Translations under genes and position numbers: made by a program
The notes under the pieces: generated by a model
The model's database searches: none
Seen by the model: the letters and a program-made list of their open reading frames with translations, nothing else
Told to the model about the DNA's origin: nothing
Assembly (NCBI RefSeq): GCF_964204645.1
Contig: NC_134035.1
Coordinates: 3,410,001 to 3,474,000, forward strand
DNA from: Tubulanus polymorphus
Taxonomy: Eukaryota; Animalia; Nemertea
Direction of reading: 5' to 3'
Length of the DNA: 64,000 nt
Part shown: positions 12,601 to 27,011 of the stretch, piece by piece
Layout of the letters: each line of letters begins with the position of its first letter
Numbering within the stretch: position 1 is the first letter of the stretch

Positions 12601-15600
12601 ACCTTCGGTCCGGCTCCGCGGTATAACTCCTGTTTGAGATACTGTTTGACGAGGTTCTGTTTGCGAGTAAGACTCGGCGAGTGGAATATCGGCTGACCGG
12701 GCGCGCGTACGATGCTGTATCGCGGTAAACGCTTCACTTTTATCACGTTCGGCGTCGTCGTTGTCGCGGTAGTCGTCTGCGGATCTGCGTCTGACGTCGC
12801 GGCAGACGGTTTGTCGAAGTCTTCTTCTTCGTTATTCGTAGGCGTCATACCTGCAATCAACAGAACCAGTTCAGAACCGAGTGATATCGATCTAAAAATG
12901 CTTATTTCGATTATACCTTTTGATTACATATGACCTCATCATTATCATTTAGGCCTACCGGTATATTGTATAATCATTATTGTAAATAATTTTCTTTATA
13001 CAGGGCACCCCCTTCAGATATAGTTCTTAGGGCTGAGGGGAGTCCTCCTCAAATATGTAAATTTTCAATTCATATGTACCGGGTAGTAATCAAAATTTTA
13101 CGTTCAAAACGGTAAAGTTTGAATCGTTGCCTTCATTGAAAACATTAATCAACCAATAGCAATCAAAGCAAATATTTGAGTGAAAACCCCAGAGTACCAT
13201 AGCTAAAATATCACTTCTCTCTAGGGAGAGATGACTGGTACACAGTTACAGATATAGACTAGGGGTAATAAAACCAATATCACTTCTCTCCAGGGAGAGA
13301 TGACTGATACACAGTTACAGATATAGGCTAGGGGTAATGATACCAATATCACTTCTCTCCAGGTAGAGATGACTGATAAACAGTTACAGATATAGGCTAG
13401 GGGTAATAATACCAATATCACTTCTCTCCAGGTAGAGATGACTGATACACAGTTACAGATATAGACTAGGGGTAATAATACCAATATCACTTCTCTCTAG
13501 GTAGAGATGACTGATACACAGTTACAGATATAGACTAGGGGTAATAATACCAATATCACTTCTCTCTAGGTAGAGATGACTGATACACAGTTACAGATAT
13601 AGGCTAGGGGTAATGATACCAATATCACTTCTCTCCAGGTAGAGATGACTGATACACAGTAACAGATATAGGCTAGGGGTAATAATACCAATATCACTTC
13701 TCTCTAGGTAGAGATGACTGATACACAGTTACAGATATAGGCTAGGGGTAATGATACCAATATCACTTCTCTCCAGGTAGAGATGACTGATACACAGTTA
13801 CAGATATAGGCTAAGGGTAATGATACCAATATCACTTCTCTCCAGGGAGAGATGACTGATACACAGTTACAGATATAGGCTAGGGGTAATAATACCAATA
13901 TCACTTCTCTCCAGGTAGAGATGACTGATACACAGTTACAGATATAGACTAGGGGTGATAATACCAATATCACTTCCCTCCAGGTAGAGATGACTGATAC
14001 ACAGTAACAGATATAGGCTAGGGGTAATAATACCAATATCACTTCTCTCCAGGGAGAGATGACTAATACACAGTTACAGATATAGGCTAGGGGTTATAAT
14101 ACCAATATCACTTCTCTCCAGGTAGAGATGACTGATACACAGTAACAGATATAGGCTAGGGGTAATAATACCAATATCACTTCTGTCCAGGGAGAGATGA
14201 CTAATACACAGTTACAGATATAGGCTAGGGGTTATAATACCAATATCACTTCTCTCCAGGTAGAGATGACTGATACACAGTAACAGATATAGGCTAGGGT
14301 TAATAATACCAATATCACTTCTGTCCAGGGAGAGATGACTAATACACAGTTTCAGATATAGGCTAGGGGTTATAATACCAATATCACTTCTGTCCAGGGA
14401 GAGATGACTAATACACAGTTTCAGATATAGGCTAGGGGTTATAATACCAATATCACTTCTCTCCAGGTAGAAGAGACGACTGATTGGTATACGCTGGTAT
14501 TACCAGTGTAATGAGTGTCACTGAATATATTCATTTAAGATATAAGCTATTGAAATGTTTCATAATTAACTAACAGTGTCCAGGAAGCCGCCTACGCGTA
14601 TACAACCACTTATGCATATGCTCCATTTTGAGAGCGGTAGCCTCTTTATCGTCGACGGTCGCGTTCGTTTTCACGTCAGTTTTCAATGAGTTCGACGCAG
14701 ACGTCAGTATAACGGCTTTCTTCCTCGCGGCGGCCATCATACGCTGAGTTAACGGACTGAGAAACTGGCTCGGAGTGCCTCCGCCTCGACGCTCCTCGGG
14801 ACTCATCGATCTCTGAAATGATAAATGATTACATAAGCTATTATAGGTCCGAGACATTTCCCCATTTTTTTAAACATAGGTTTCCAGTGGTAAGGCCAGG
14901 ACAGAAGAAGTACTACGAAATTACTACTGCAATTTTAGACCCAAAATGAGGGATATTTTGACACGGAAAGAAGTACTTTCCAGTAAAATGAGGACCCATA
15001 AGGAAGCATTTTTGCGATGCCTTCATGTGGACTAGTCATATTCCAGGATAAATCCGTAACACTTTCCTGTATAGGCCTATTCCATATTACTGACAATTGA
15101 ATTACCACCAGGCCCGAGTAATAAAATACTGCAACAGTCGAATTCGCGACAAAATTGTGCGTGAAAAATACATTAAAATAAAATTTGGAACAACTTTTTC
15201 ATCATAAGTGAGGACTTGGAGTGAAAAAGAATAAGGACAAAGATGATGTTTGTCCACACTTTTTCCAAAAGAAGGACTTGGAAGGACTGCTGGAAACAGC
15301 CGTGCTCGAACCTACCTTTCTCAGCGCGGTCGTTACTTGATGCAACGTCTCCTTCGCGCGGTTACTGGCGACGCGAGACGGACGCGGTTTCGCCGACGAC
15401 GCGACCACCGGCGCTCGCGTGAAGTAATCCTCGTCGTCGTTGCTCGTGTCCGACGTTGGCAGTTCGCGTTTCAACGTGCGATAAAACTGTTTGGCGACTT
15501 TTGTGCACATTTTCAACGCCTCTGAAAACGTAATCGAAGCATTTCGAATTAGTTCAACAAAGTTTCACAATAATGCTGTCCATGCACAGGGCATCTCCCT

Positions 15601-18600
15601 ATATAGGTACAGCGTTTAGGGGACATCATATCGATTATGTAGGACAGCTATAAAATGTTAAATTGAAATTTGTATTGGATGTATTCTGGTTTAAGAATAT
15701 CAATTCCGGATTACCAACTCTCTACATTACAGTTTATCTGGAAAAACCTTCTATTTGCCTATTTCTTATTCAGAGTTATGGCTATGATTTAAGACACATC
15801 TAAGGCTAAGCTAACTGAACACATTTAAAACCATTATTTGTGAACTTGAGCTACAAATGTGCCCATTATTATTCAAAGTGACTGATGTAATTGAGGGCGA
15901 GACGTTCGTACCTTGGTTGTTGGCGTTATATTTACGACAGTTGCTGAACATCAATTTGAAATCGTCGACGAAGTCATCGCGACACCGGTAATCCTTGGCG
16001 CTCAGTTTCGTTTCGATGTCGATCATATCGATAGGATCCTATAAACAATATACGTCAAAACTGTGAATGTTTGATCGAAGCTACAAGGTCTAGTGCTGCA
16101 GTTGCTCTAAAGTTTGTTAACCAGAATTAACCAGTGGATTGTTGACTTTAAACAAAGATTCCCCGATCAAGTTTTGAGATACCCTCAGTGGGGGCTGTTT
16201 TGCCTTAAGAGGTTCAATGCAACACTCAAAAGTAAAACAATTCAAAATCCCTGATTGAATTATAAGATATCCTCAGGGGAGGCTGTTTCTCATCAAGATT
16301 TTCCTTGTGCCACTTGTCACCAGCAAGAACAAGACACCAAAAATTCAAATTCCCTGATTTAAATTTTAAGATAACATCAGTGGGGGCTGTTTCCTCGTGT
16401 CATTTCTCATCAACAAGAACAACTAGACACCAAAAATTCAAATTCCCTGATTTAAATTTTAAGATAACATCAGTGGGGGCTGTTTCCTCGTGTCATTTCT
16501 CATCAACAAGAACAACTAGACACGCAAAATTCAAATTCCCTGATTGAATTATAAGATACCCTCAATGGGGACTCTTTCCTGACTTTTCCCAAATTTTCAA
16601 GAAAATAATCAGAATTCCCCCAATTCCTCTTAAAATATCTTTCGATAAAAAAAAAAACCTGGGAGCTACTGAGATCTGAAGCCATATAAAACGCTGATTT
16701 GACCAGTTCCCGGGAATTGATTCTTACCTTGATTATATCGTGATATCCCGGAGCCCATTCTTCAGTAATCGGTTCGCTGAATAGCCAGGCGTCTTCGTGT
16801 TTACGCACGATATCGAATACTACAAGACAAATCAATGAAAATGAATCTCATTCCGTTCAATCGGACGTCGCGGCTCACAAATTGAAATTCTCAATCCAGT
16901 TATGTTTAACATTCATCATTTCTCTATTATATCCCAGTAATTGCGAAACACTGCTCAATTGTTAGAAGCTGATTCAAAATCTAACGGGTAGCTGCCACTT
17001 TGATTTGACTCTGACTGTTTATCCCTGACTAATTCCTGATATGCATATTGTTTTCTCTGACTTGATCTGCTCAGAGTTCAATCAACTAACACAAACTGTT
17101 TGATTATACACACAATCAATCTAACTATCTGTATAAATTTTCTCTCCCCTCCTTTTTCCCAAATTCCCTAATTTTTCAAAAGAAAAGAAAATTCTCCGAC
17201 ATTTCCCTGATTTCCAGTTGGCCACCCTGTCTAATGGTCAGTGACGAGGTGAACTTCAGTAGTTAGTCGACAAGTGATTCAACTAGTCAACTTATAATCA
17301 AACGCCCTATACGTAGTCCAGTCTTACGCATTTCACAGCCTCGGCCATCTTGGAACTAAGTCCGAACTAAAGCGACTATGCTTAGTTCCAACTTACAAGA
17401 TTATGTACTTAAGTACCCAACAAAGTATATTCTAACCATTTAGGCCTGCAATTCTAACGTTTTTGAGTTCGAAAAAAAAAAAAATCGAAAAGTAAAACAC
17501 GCACTTTTGAACATGCAGAGAATCATGTCATCGAGTTCGGGACTGTCGCTGGGTAAACGGTTTCGCGGCGTCGTCGCGTATTTCCCCGTGCTGACGTTCA
17601 TCAGTTCGGGAGGAATCTCTTTACCCTCGCGAATCAACGCCGCGCGTTCCTCGCGCAGTTTCAAACGTAATTCCCGTTCTGAAAAGAAAAGACAAATGTA
17701 GCTGTATTGTAAACGAACAATTTTCAAAATCCGCAGCTTGCACCAGAGATATACTAAAAAATCTCTTAAACAGTAGGGACCTCGCGCAATATCTTAAAAT
17801 CAATCTCATTCAAATTTAGCTTCCTAGACCGACTTCTACCAAATAATTAACAAATAATTTTTTGAGGGTTCTCAAATGGAGATGGAAAAACTAATTAAAA
17901 TTAGTCCTGATACCGGGTGCTGCCGTTTTTCACTGCTATGAGAAAGTTCAACAAGTACATGGACTGAAAAAGCAAAAGGTTGTGGCACGGTTGCTATATA
18001 CCGAGGCGAGTAGTTTGAATTGATTTATTTGATGATTATCAAGGTACAGAATGTAAAGATTTATAATCGGTTATGCATTAAACATGACAATCATCAGTAC
18101 CTCGTAAATCACGATATGATTGTCAGGTAGTAGTTGTTTATTACCTTCTCTCATACGATCGCGTTCTCGTTCTTTCTCTTCCTTCAGGAATCTCTGTTGT
18201 TCCAAACGTTCCTCTTCTTCTCGGCGGCGTTTCTCGTCGTCGATTTTCTTCTCCTGAAATTATTCATTTATATTATTCAGCTTTCCCTCGTTTCAACATG
18301 TTCTAACACAAAATTCCCTGATTTAATCCAACGATTTTCTTGTTTTAAAATGTTACAATTCGATCATTTTCTATGAATCGAATAGTTATAAACATCAACT
18401 CTGATCATAGTTGAAATATATTTTGGGACGCTTATTTATGAAATACATAATATCAAACTTGGATATCATTCAGGTCGGACATGAGCTCCAAAACGTCCGA
18501 CTCGTCCGAAACGTCGCGGAGTCAGTTCTCTACTATCCCGCGCATATAAAACATAACGCGTACCTGTTCTTCCTTTTCCTTTGATTTCTTCTCGATGCGA

Positions 18601-21600
18601 GATGATTTACGTGAACCGATCTCTTCGGTTAGATGACGAACGTGGGCTCTTCTCTGTAACAGCAAGCAAACAATACTACGGTATATACAATCTATTTAGC
18701 GAGTAGTCCACTTTCATATACAAGACATTTCCTATTGTTTTAAGGCAGATTCTTTATGAATTTTTGATTCCAGTTAGGAGTCCAGGGTTCTTACAAATCG
18801 GAGAATTCAAAATTCCCTAATATTTCCCCGACCCTTGACAAAAAATCCCATGATTAAATCATAGGATATTATCAGTGTGGGTTGTTTGTTTCCATGTGGT
18901 TCTCATTGTTCTCATCGATCAAGGATTCCAAAAGTCCCCAATATGTCCATCATTTTCCCCGAACTTTGACCATAAATTCCCTGATTGAATTATAAGATAC
19001 CCTCAATGGGGGCTGTTTCTTCTCAAGCGGTTCCTCATGCCACTTATCACTGGCAAGAACAGTAAGAGACCAAAAATCTAAAATTCCTGATTTACGAGAT
19101 AAGAGTCAGAACTGCCTGAATTTTACCTGACCTGTAAGAACCCCGGGGGTCTGCAACTGCGGTTACTAAAAAATACCGGCAGTACTTTCCAATCCTCACC
19201 TTTTGATCTTCGAGTTGCGGAATTTCCGGCAAGAAATTGTTGACGATGATCTTGTGCAGCGATTTCTCGCAGCGGACGCGGCTGCCTTTGATACTATCGG
19301 CGAACGTCTGCCATTCGTCGAGCCGGTCGCAGACGATCTCCCACTTCTTGAACGAGTCGAAATCGATCGCGAACGTCGCGTCGGCCAATCGGGCGCCGAC
19401 GTCTTCCTCCTCGTCATTCACTGCATGATCGTTTGCGTCGTCTTCGTCCACTTCGCTCTCCGGCTGTTTTTCCGTTCGTTTGCTGCGTTTTGTGGCCCTC
19501 GCCACGAGTTCTTTATCACTGAACGAACAAGAAAAATATATTAGCATCTCTGCAGGTTTGGGGTTCGTTTTCAAAAGAGAAAGGTCAGAGCTTCGACCAA
19601 GAAACTCTGCAACCACCCGAATTTGAACTCCCTCAAACAATAGACCGCTCTAACTTCAAATTCATTTTTCTATTCCCTTCAAATGCATCTCTAGTCTGAA
19701 GACGGTTCGAAGCATTTTACCCGAAATGTCAATGTAACTTTTATCGTTTAACCCTTTCAGTACGTCTACACCACGGTGCAGTGTATAACTTGGTGATGGA
19801 TTTTGCTAGTACACCGCACTGCAGTGTATTGATATAATTAGTAATTAGTAATTATCTCTATTGAAAGATGTCAGCACCTGTCAAACATAGACAAATATTA
19901 GTAACTAATGATACACCGCACTATAGATGTATTCTCGTTATTCAACACACTAGGGTGGAATTTCTAAAAAATTTTAAAATTATCTCCAGCACTATAGGGT
20001 ATTAATAAGTCAGCACTGAATGGGTTTTAATCAATCAGATACTTACGGCGTGCTGAATCCGAATTTGCGCGGCGTGCGTCGCACTCTCTTCGACCGCAAC
20101 GGATACGACCCCGCGTCGTTATCATCACCATCATCGTCGTCGCCGTCATCATCATCTTTAACGGGCGTTCCGAGAACGTACGTACGCGCGCGTCGCGACC
20201 TGCGCGTCGCCGATTCGCGAGATACCTGCGACGAGACGCCGTCGAGCGATTCGTCGCACAACGATTCCGTTACGGTAGTTTCCATCGGATCTTCGTCTTT
20301 CACAGCGGCGACGACGGCTTCGTTATCCATTTCCTCTTCGGGCGTCGCATCCACCTCCATATTCTCAACATCTTCAGCAACATCTTTCGATTCGTTTTTG
20401 CATTGATCAACATTCTCACGATTGCCTTCAACATCGTCAACAGCATTTTGTGAATCATTTTCGCGTTCAATAACGTTATCCCCGTCGCCTGCGACATCTC
20501 CAACGCCATCCTTCGCATCTTTTTTACATTCCGCAGCGTTCGCATCATCGCTTTTAAATTCGCTCATCAGTTTCTGTAAGATCGGTACGTCATCGTCGCC
20601 GTCCTTATCCTTCTTCGCATCGTCGCTTTTACCAACGTTCGATTCTACCTCCTCGTCTTTTTCCGATTTCAGCTCGTCGCCGATTTTTTCTTCGCTTTTT
20701 ACATCTTTTTCTATTTTCGCATCTTCTTCTTTAGGTTTAAAGCTATTTTCAACTGAAACTGACTCCTCTTTTTTGACGCCGATTTCATCTTCAACTTTCG
20801 TAACAGCGCTATCTTCTTCTTCCGCGGTATTTTTATCTTCTGTTTTTATTTCATCACCGACGCCGTCTACGTCATCGACGTCGACCTCTTCTTCCGTATA
20901 TTTTTTCTGCGCCCTCGTTCGCAACGTTCTGTCGCTACTCTCTACTGTATCCACGGTATTCGTGCCATTGTCTTCGGTCTTTATAAAGTGAAATGAAAAG
21001 TTTTCTATCAAAATATCATCAAGCGACAATGTGGCATCGTTTCAAATGATTAAAATGATAATAGTCCATTCCAGACGGATGTTTCTAATTTTAGGAGTTT
21101 TCAGAGGTGAACGTAATTTGAAATCAGAAATCGTAGTTTAGTTGAAAATTAAGTAGAAATAGTTGAAAATTAACTAGAAATAATTCTGATTTTGAGATTT
21201 TCATATTTATGGGAGAAGTTGAGCTTTTATATATTCAGTCTTCTGAAAATTCAAAGGCTACATCGATTTCAAACCACCTCTTGAATTCGGTCTTTCCGAA
21301 AATTCTAGAGGTAGGTCCCCTTCAATTCAACATCCGAGTAATCAAACCTTAACCCGTTTTTTCATCGGCAAAAGCACTTTTAAGACTGGTCAGACTCACT
21401 AGAAAAACCTTGTTTACCTATGATGGTAGTAAGCAGTGAACAGGTTAAAATATAAAGCAGGGTTCGTTCTAGCACTTGCCCAGGACAAGTGTCTATTCAT
21501 TGGGGCAAATAGGTTATCATTATGACTTGTACGCCGGGCTAGTACAATTCGATGTCTTAAGCTTTTTCAATTAATAGATGATTGAGCGGACTGCCTGTGT

Positions 21601-24600
21601 TGGGCAGGTAGATTTTTAAGGAGGCAAGTGAAATTTCAGATATGCTTATTACCGGCCTCGAACAAGTGCCTTTTATTTCTTACATCCGACCCTGTATTGT
21701 AAAACATAGAGCAATCGTTACCTGCTCGTTTAAATCGATACCGGCCGCTTTAGCGTCTTCGAGTTCCTCGATCGATTTGACTCGCGACGCCGTCAATCGC
21801 GGCTTCATCTTTCCCATTCTACGACGAGAAACCGACACCGGCGTCATCATCATCTCTTCGTCTTCATCGTCGCCGTTATCATCATCATCATCATTGTCGT
21901 TATCTTCGTCGGATTCGTGTTTCGTTAGTTGAGATAGCGGCAGATTCTCGTCGCTACTGCAAACAATTTCACACAACAGATTAAACGCAGAGTTTAGAAT
22001 TCAGGGATCTCGGTAGCGTTGTTGGGAGGACAGTTGTAAATATTTCACCGAGTTCAGCATCAGGGAACTCAGTAGCGTTGGGACTGCTGTAAATATTTCA
22101 CCGAGTTCAGCATCAGGGAACTCAGTAGCGTTGGGACTGCTGTAAATATTTCACCGAGTTCAGCATCAAGGAACTCAGTAGCGTTGGGACTGCTGTAAAT
22201 ATTTCACCCAGTTCAGCATCAGGGATCTCAGTAGCGTTGGGACTGCTGTAAATATTTCACCGAGTTCAGCATCAGGGATCTCAGTAGCGTTGGGACTGCT
22301 GTAAATATTTCACCGAGTTCAGCATCAGGGAACTCAGTAGCGTTGGGACTGCTGTAAATATTTCACCCAGTTCAGCATCAGGGATCTCAGTAGCGTTGGG
22401 ACTGCTGTAAATATTTCACCGAGTTCAGCATCAGGGATCTCAGTAGCGTTGGGACTGCTGTAAATATTTCACCGAGTTCAGCATCAGGGAACTCAGTAGT
22501 GTTGGGACTACTGTAAATATTTCACCGAGTTCAGCATCAGGGAACTCAGTAGCGTTGGGACTACTGTAAATATTTCACTGAGTTCAGCATCAGGGATCTT
22601 AGTAGCGTTGGGACTGCTGTAAATATTTCACCCAGTTCAGCATCAGGGAACTCAGTAGCGTTGGGACTGCTGTAAATATTTCACCGAGTTCAGCATCAGG
22701 GAACTCAGTAGTGTTGGGACTGTTGTAAATATTTCACCGAGTTCAGCATCAGGGATCTTAGTAGCGTTGGGACTGCTGTAAATATTTTACCGAGTTCAGC
22801 ATCAGGGATCTCAGTAGCGTTGGGACTGCTGTAAATATTTCACAGAGTTCAGCATCAGGGATCTCAGTAGCGTTGGGACTGCTGTAAATATTTCACAGAG
22901 TTCAGCATCAGGGATCTCAGTAGCGTTGGGACTGCTGTAAATATTTTACCGAGTTCAGCATCAGGGATCTCAGTAGCGTTGGGACTGCTGTAAATATTTC
23001 ACAGAGTTCAGCATCAGGGATCTCAGTAGCGTTGGGACTGCTGTAAATATTTCACCGAGTTCAGCATCAGGGATCTCAGTAGCGTTGGGACTGCTGTAAA
23101 TATTTTACCTGGTTCGAGAATCAGTGAACTGTGACTGCTTTAAATATTTCAGAGTTCAGAGTCGGGAAATTTGGTAGTTTGCTTTATATATTTCACAGAG
23201 AATCTGGGACAAAGGATATTATTAGTAAGACTCATTATGGCATTTCGTTTACTGAGTCGACTGGATACCATCAATCAATAGAGGAGCCTTTTGGACCCAG
23301 TTCCTCACAGTTGGTTAAGTTTTACATAATCATAAAAGAATTGAATATTCAACTGACCTTTCCTCGTCCGATTCAGATTTATCAGTTTGAACGGATTCAT
23401 CATCAACATCATCATCATCCTCCATATTCTCCTCACCGTTCTCGTCGGCAGAAGCGTTGTCGCTTTCCGGTTCCGAATCGGGAGGAGTCTCGATCAGTTT
23501 TCGTTTCCTCGGTCGTCCTCGTTTCTTCGCCGTCGACTTCGCGTCCGCGACGGTCTGCTGTTGAGTCTCGTCGGGTTTTTTCGCCGATTTCGGTGGACGA
23601 CCGCGCCTTTTCTTCGTCGTCGGTGTCTCTGCAGTTTCTGCCAACGATTGACTGTGAAAAACAAGTTACGAATCGGTCATAAAAATGTTTTCGGGGTTCC
23701 AGGAAAAAGTCGGCACTTTTTAAAATCAAAATCCGGCACTTCTTTTATCTCGAATCTAAAGACGAGTTCTAGGCATTTTTGCCAAATCAATAATCGCGCC
23801 AGAACGAAGCGAGCGAAAATATCTCGACGAACCGTTTCTTATTTTTTCGTTTCTTTTCTCGTTCGAGTTTTTTTCGCTCTTCCCGCGCCTTCTTCTCCGC
23901 TCTTCGTTCTGCCCGTCTCTGTTTGCGCCGTTGTTCCTTCTCCTTACGAATTCGTTCTTTTTCCTTCTGTTTGCGAAGACGTTCCTGCTTCTTTTCGCTG
24001 AAGAAAATGACAATTCATTGAAATTCATCGTCGAGATAAATCGCGAATCGCTTTTCGAGATAGAAATGCGGCACAATTCATCGTCGGCGAAAGAAACCGA
24101 AGCGCTCACCGTTTTTTCAAAGTTTTCACGCTGGGATTGTCGCGGTATAATCGCGTGCCGTAGAAATACCAATAGGTGGAGCCGTTTCTGTCGATGCCAA
24201 GCGGCTCGACTCGTAAACTATCCGCATCTAAATCCTTTAGAATGAACGCAAAATAAACATTTAACACTCACTGTATCTTACATTTAAGTTAATGGCATGG
24301 CCTAGACGACTCCTATTTCTATGGCCAACCTTTCAGCTATTCATAAAATGGCAAATGATGCATTCTGTGGGTTATAGTTGTCAAAATACACTCCCAGCTC
24401 AGAGTCAATAATACACAGTACAATTGTGTTTTCATAAGTTAAGTAGCACAGACAGGGAGCTGGCAGGAACAAATACATCAGATAAATCTTTTCCCTTTGT
24501 CTTATTGGTTTGAATGCGGAATAGAATCAAATTTTCTGAAATTTGCTCAATAAAACAGAATTGAAAATATCCTCAGTGGGGGATTTTTCATCTTAGTAGG

Positions 24601-27011
24601 TTGACAGGGTTCTTACAGATCAGGGAATCCAAAATTCCCTACTATTTCCCTTGCTTTTCCCTGACTTTTGTCCAAAAATTTTCTGATCCAATCATAAGAT
24701 ATCATCCGTTTCTTATCAAGAGGTTCCTCGTGTTAGTTATCCGTTAACAGCTAGAACAACAAGACCCCAAAATTCTAAAATTCCCTGATTTTCAAGAATA
24801 GTCTGAATTCCACAATTATGAAGAAAAGCTAACTTCTTCATAACTGTGCAATTTTTCTTTAGTAATAATCTCTCTTAAAAATGGCAGCACCGGTCAAACA
24901 TAGTGAAATATTAGTAACTAACGATATACCAAGCCAGGGTGTAGACTATAGTGGTATTCCCGTTATTTAACACACTAGGGTGGAATTTTAAAAAATTTTC
25001 AAATTATCTCTAGCACTATAGGGTATTAACTAGTCAGCACTGAAAGGGTTAAGGAGATTGGAGTCGACTTGAAAAAAAGACTTAAACACACCTTCGTCAA
25101 ATCAGACACGTCTTCGCCATAGAGTCGCACATTACACAGGAGGTGTAAAACCTGAATTTTAACGTTCACCGGTAGCTGATAAAACTCAGGCGTTTCGTCG
25201 TTCAGCGGACTCGGGTATTTCATCTCGAATTCCCAATACTCGTTGAGAACTTCGCGTAAAAACGGCGCGAAATTCTCCTCCCTGAAAAAAATTACGAAGA
25301 TACAATTTCTTACAATTCATCATGTAGAAAAACCTTTCAGGATTTTTTCTTTAAAAATGTGATGGTTAAACAAGGCACAATATCAGGGTGGCCACTTTTA
25401 TTCGACTTGCTTTGAGCATGAATTTTCCCGAGCGTGTTGTTTTCCTTGACTTGATTTGCCAAGAATCCAAACAATCAACACATTCAAATAGGCCTACGTA
25501 AGATATAGACAGAAACTGAACGCATTTCCCTGACTTTTCCCTCATAAATAGCTTTAAAAAAAAATCCCTGACTTTTATATAAAGAAAAGCAAATTCCCTG
25601 ATTACCGGCCAGCCTGAATTCAGGGGCCAAAGGATAGTATTCAGAATCAGGGCTTTCAAACCCACTAAATGGAAACTTGGAATCAGAGGGTTTAAAGGAC
25701 TGTACGAACCCTGAAAACAAACAATCTTTAAAAAGTAAATGTTTTTAGTTTTAGGCATTACGTGCATAGGGTCGAACAATATCGACGTCAGTTTGATAAC
25801 CAAATTTGAATTGCTACGGTTTTTTAACTGTTTCGTGTTATTTTTTAACCCCCAAATTATATTGAATCTTTTGATTATGGTATCACATCCTTATCAGCTC
25901 AATCTGTCTCCTTTCACAGGACTGTATGTTATAATTTTGTTACAACCCTAGAACTCCTGAAGATGACTTTTAGGATAGGCTTAGGATCTGAATGAAGTAG
26001 GTCTGCTAGCTCAAGGAAACTTCTCTGACTCATTTCATTTTTAATGCTGGATTTTATATTATCTTTAAATAAAACGCGGACAGACATTTAATGGTTCTAA
26101 TACTGATGTCGTTTGAGTATAGATACGAAAGTTTACGAATAAAAAATTTCGAAAAAAATTCGAAAGAAATTCCGGGCGAAAATCAAAATTTTCTAAATGA
26201 GCTTTCGACGAAGAAGGGAATTATTTTCATATCAATTAACAGCAATGTATCAATGTTTAGTACATGCTACACTTATGCTTCGTGTAAGGGAAGCCAGGTG
26301 GCAGCACGTCCTGGAGCAAAAAATATCAAACCATGTGCTTCACAGAGCTGTCAAACTAAGAATGTAAACAAACATTTTAGAATCCTAAAGACCCGAGCGC
26401 GACGCGGTTACTCACGAGATGTCATTGCGGGCGTAGCAACCGTTCAACAATCGGCAAATTACGGAATTCACGAGCGGACTGCCTCCGCCGTCGACGGAGC
26501 CACCCGCCGCCAGTAGACCCTCCTCGAGTTCATCGATGTCGAATTCGGGCAGTTCGAACACGGCCTGGAACAGCGAACAGAAATGAGCGACGCACGGTAC
26601 TTCCCATAGAGAACGTATTTCTGAAAAATAGAACGAGAATGAAATCAAGATTCTCGTGAATAAATTACCGACAGTAGTTTAAGCCTTTTGGAATACGTTT
26701 TAATCGGCAAAATAGAGTTAATTAAGCATTAGATAATTATTAACAATTGGGATTAATTTATTGGTTAAGAAATTCGCTTAGTTTAATTGTGTCTGAAATG
26801 GCAGTATGAAAGAAATGGAAATTCTGGAAAGACTAGATTTTGATCCATCATCGTCGTTTGAACCGTTTTTAAACGGTTTTCTCGCTGTTTTAAACGCGAA
26901 TATCTCAGTTCAATGCGAGCACTGGATCGAATATCGATATCAGAAAATATCTAAACCCCCGCATCCCCGAGAACCGACTAGAAAAAAGAGGTTTTTTAAC
27001 GAACCATCCAT
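9617..27011 (-). CDS. CECR2: CECR2-like chromatin remodelling subunit (DDT/WHIM-type N-terminus, AT-hooks, one bromodomain, long low-complexity tail). 19 coding exons: 27005-27011, 26416-26620, 25092-25281, 24110-24234, 23833-23997, 23358-23651, 21722-21956, 20047-20978, 19200-19518, 18564-18653, 18145-18253, 17505-17678, 16728-16819, 15912-16038, 15316-15521, 14575-14812, 12603-12850, 10161-11786, 9617-9667
   Basis: Peptides [39 protein letters not shown] and bromodomain [29 protein letters not shown]. All junctions are GT-AG and phase-compatible. Confidence 0.8.
11841..12120. mobile_element. piggyBac-like MITE, about 280-320 bp
   Basis: TTAA-CCCTTTCAGTGC ... GCACTGAAAGGG-TTAA termini; repeated several times in the window. 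Confidence 0.75.
13208..14470 (-). repeat. 69-bp tandem array (about 18 copies) in a CECR2-like intron
   Basis: Unit on the opposite strand: atcagtcatctctacctggagagaagtgatattggtattattacccctagcctatatctgtaactgtgt. Confidence 0.95.
16160..16660. repeat. Tandemly iterated interspersed repeat (ttccctga...agataccctcagtgggggctgtttc); related copies near 18780-19090 and 24560-24800
   Basis: Directly visible near-identical blocks. Confidence 0.7.
19748..20030. mobile_element. piggyBac-like MITE copy
   Basis: Colinear with 11841-12120. Confidence 0.75.
21990..23110 (+). repeat. 53-bp tandem array (about 21 copies)
   Basis: Unit agttcagcatcagggatctcagtagcgttgggactgctgtaaatatttcaccg. Confidence 0.95.

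Noticed and set aside
19696-19730. CTGAAGA...GAAATGTC hammerhead-like string
   Set aside because: Stem II pairs poorly and there is no stem I; at best a very old relic.
20422-20991. Plus-strand ORFs opposite CECR2-like exons (also 11128-11745 and 23387-24001) and minus ORF 32480-32920 opposite MADD
   Set aside because: Antisense shadows of real coding exons with biased codons.
21990-23110. Regular repeats resembling a CRISPR array
   Set aside because: Units are head-to-tail with no unique spacers, no cas genes are present, and the context is eukaryotic.
23998-24036. CTGAAGA-aaatga-caat-tcatt-GAAA hammerhead-like string
   Set aside because: No stem I; it is the complement of a splice acceptor tract and likely chance.
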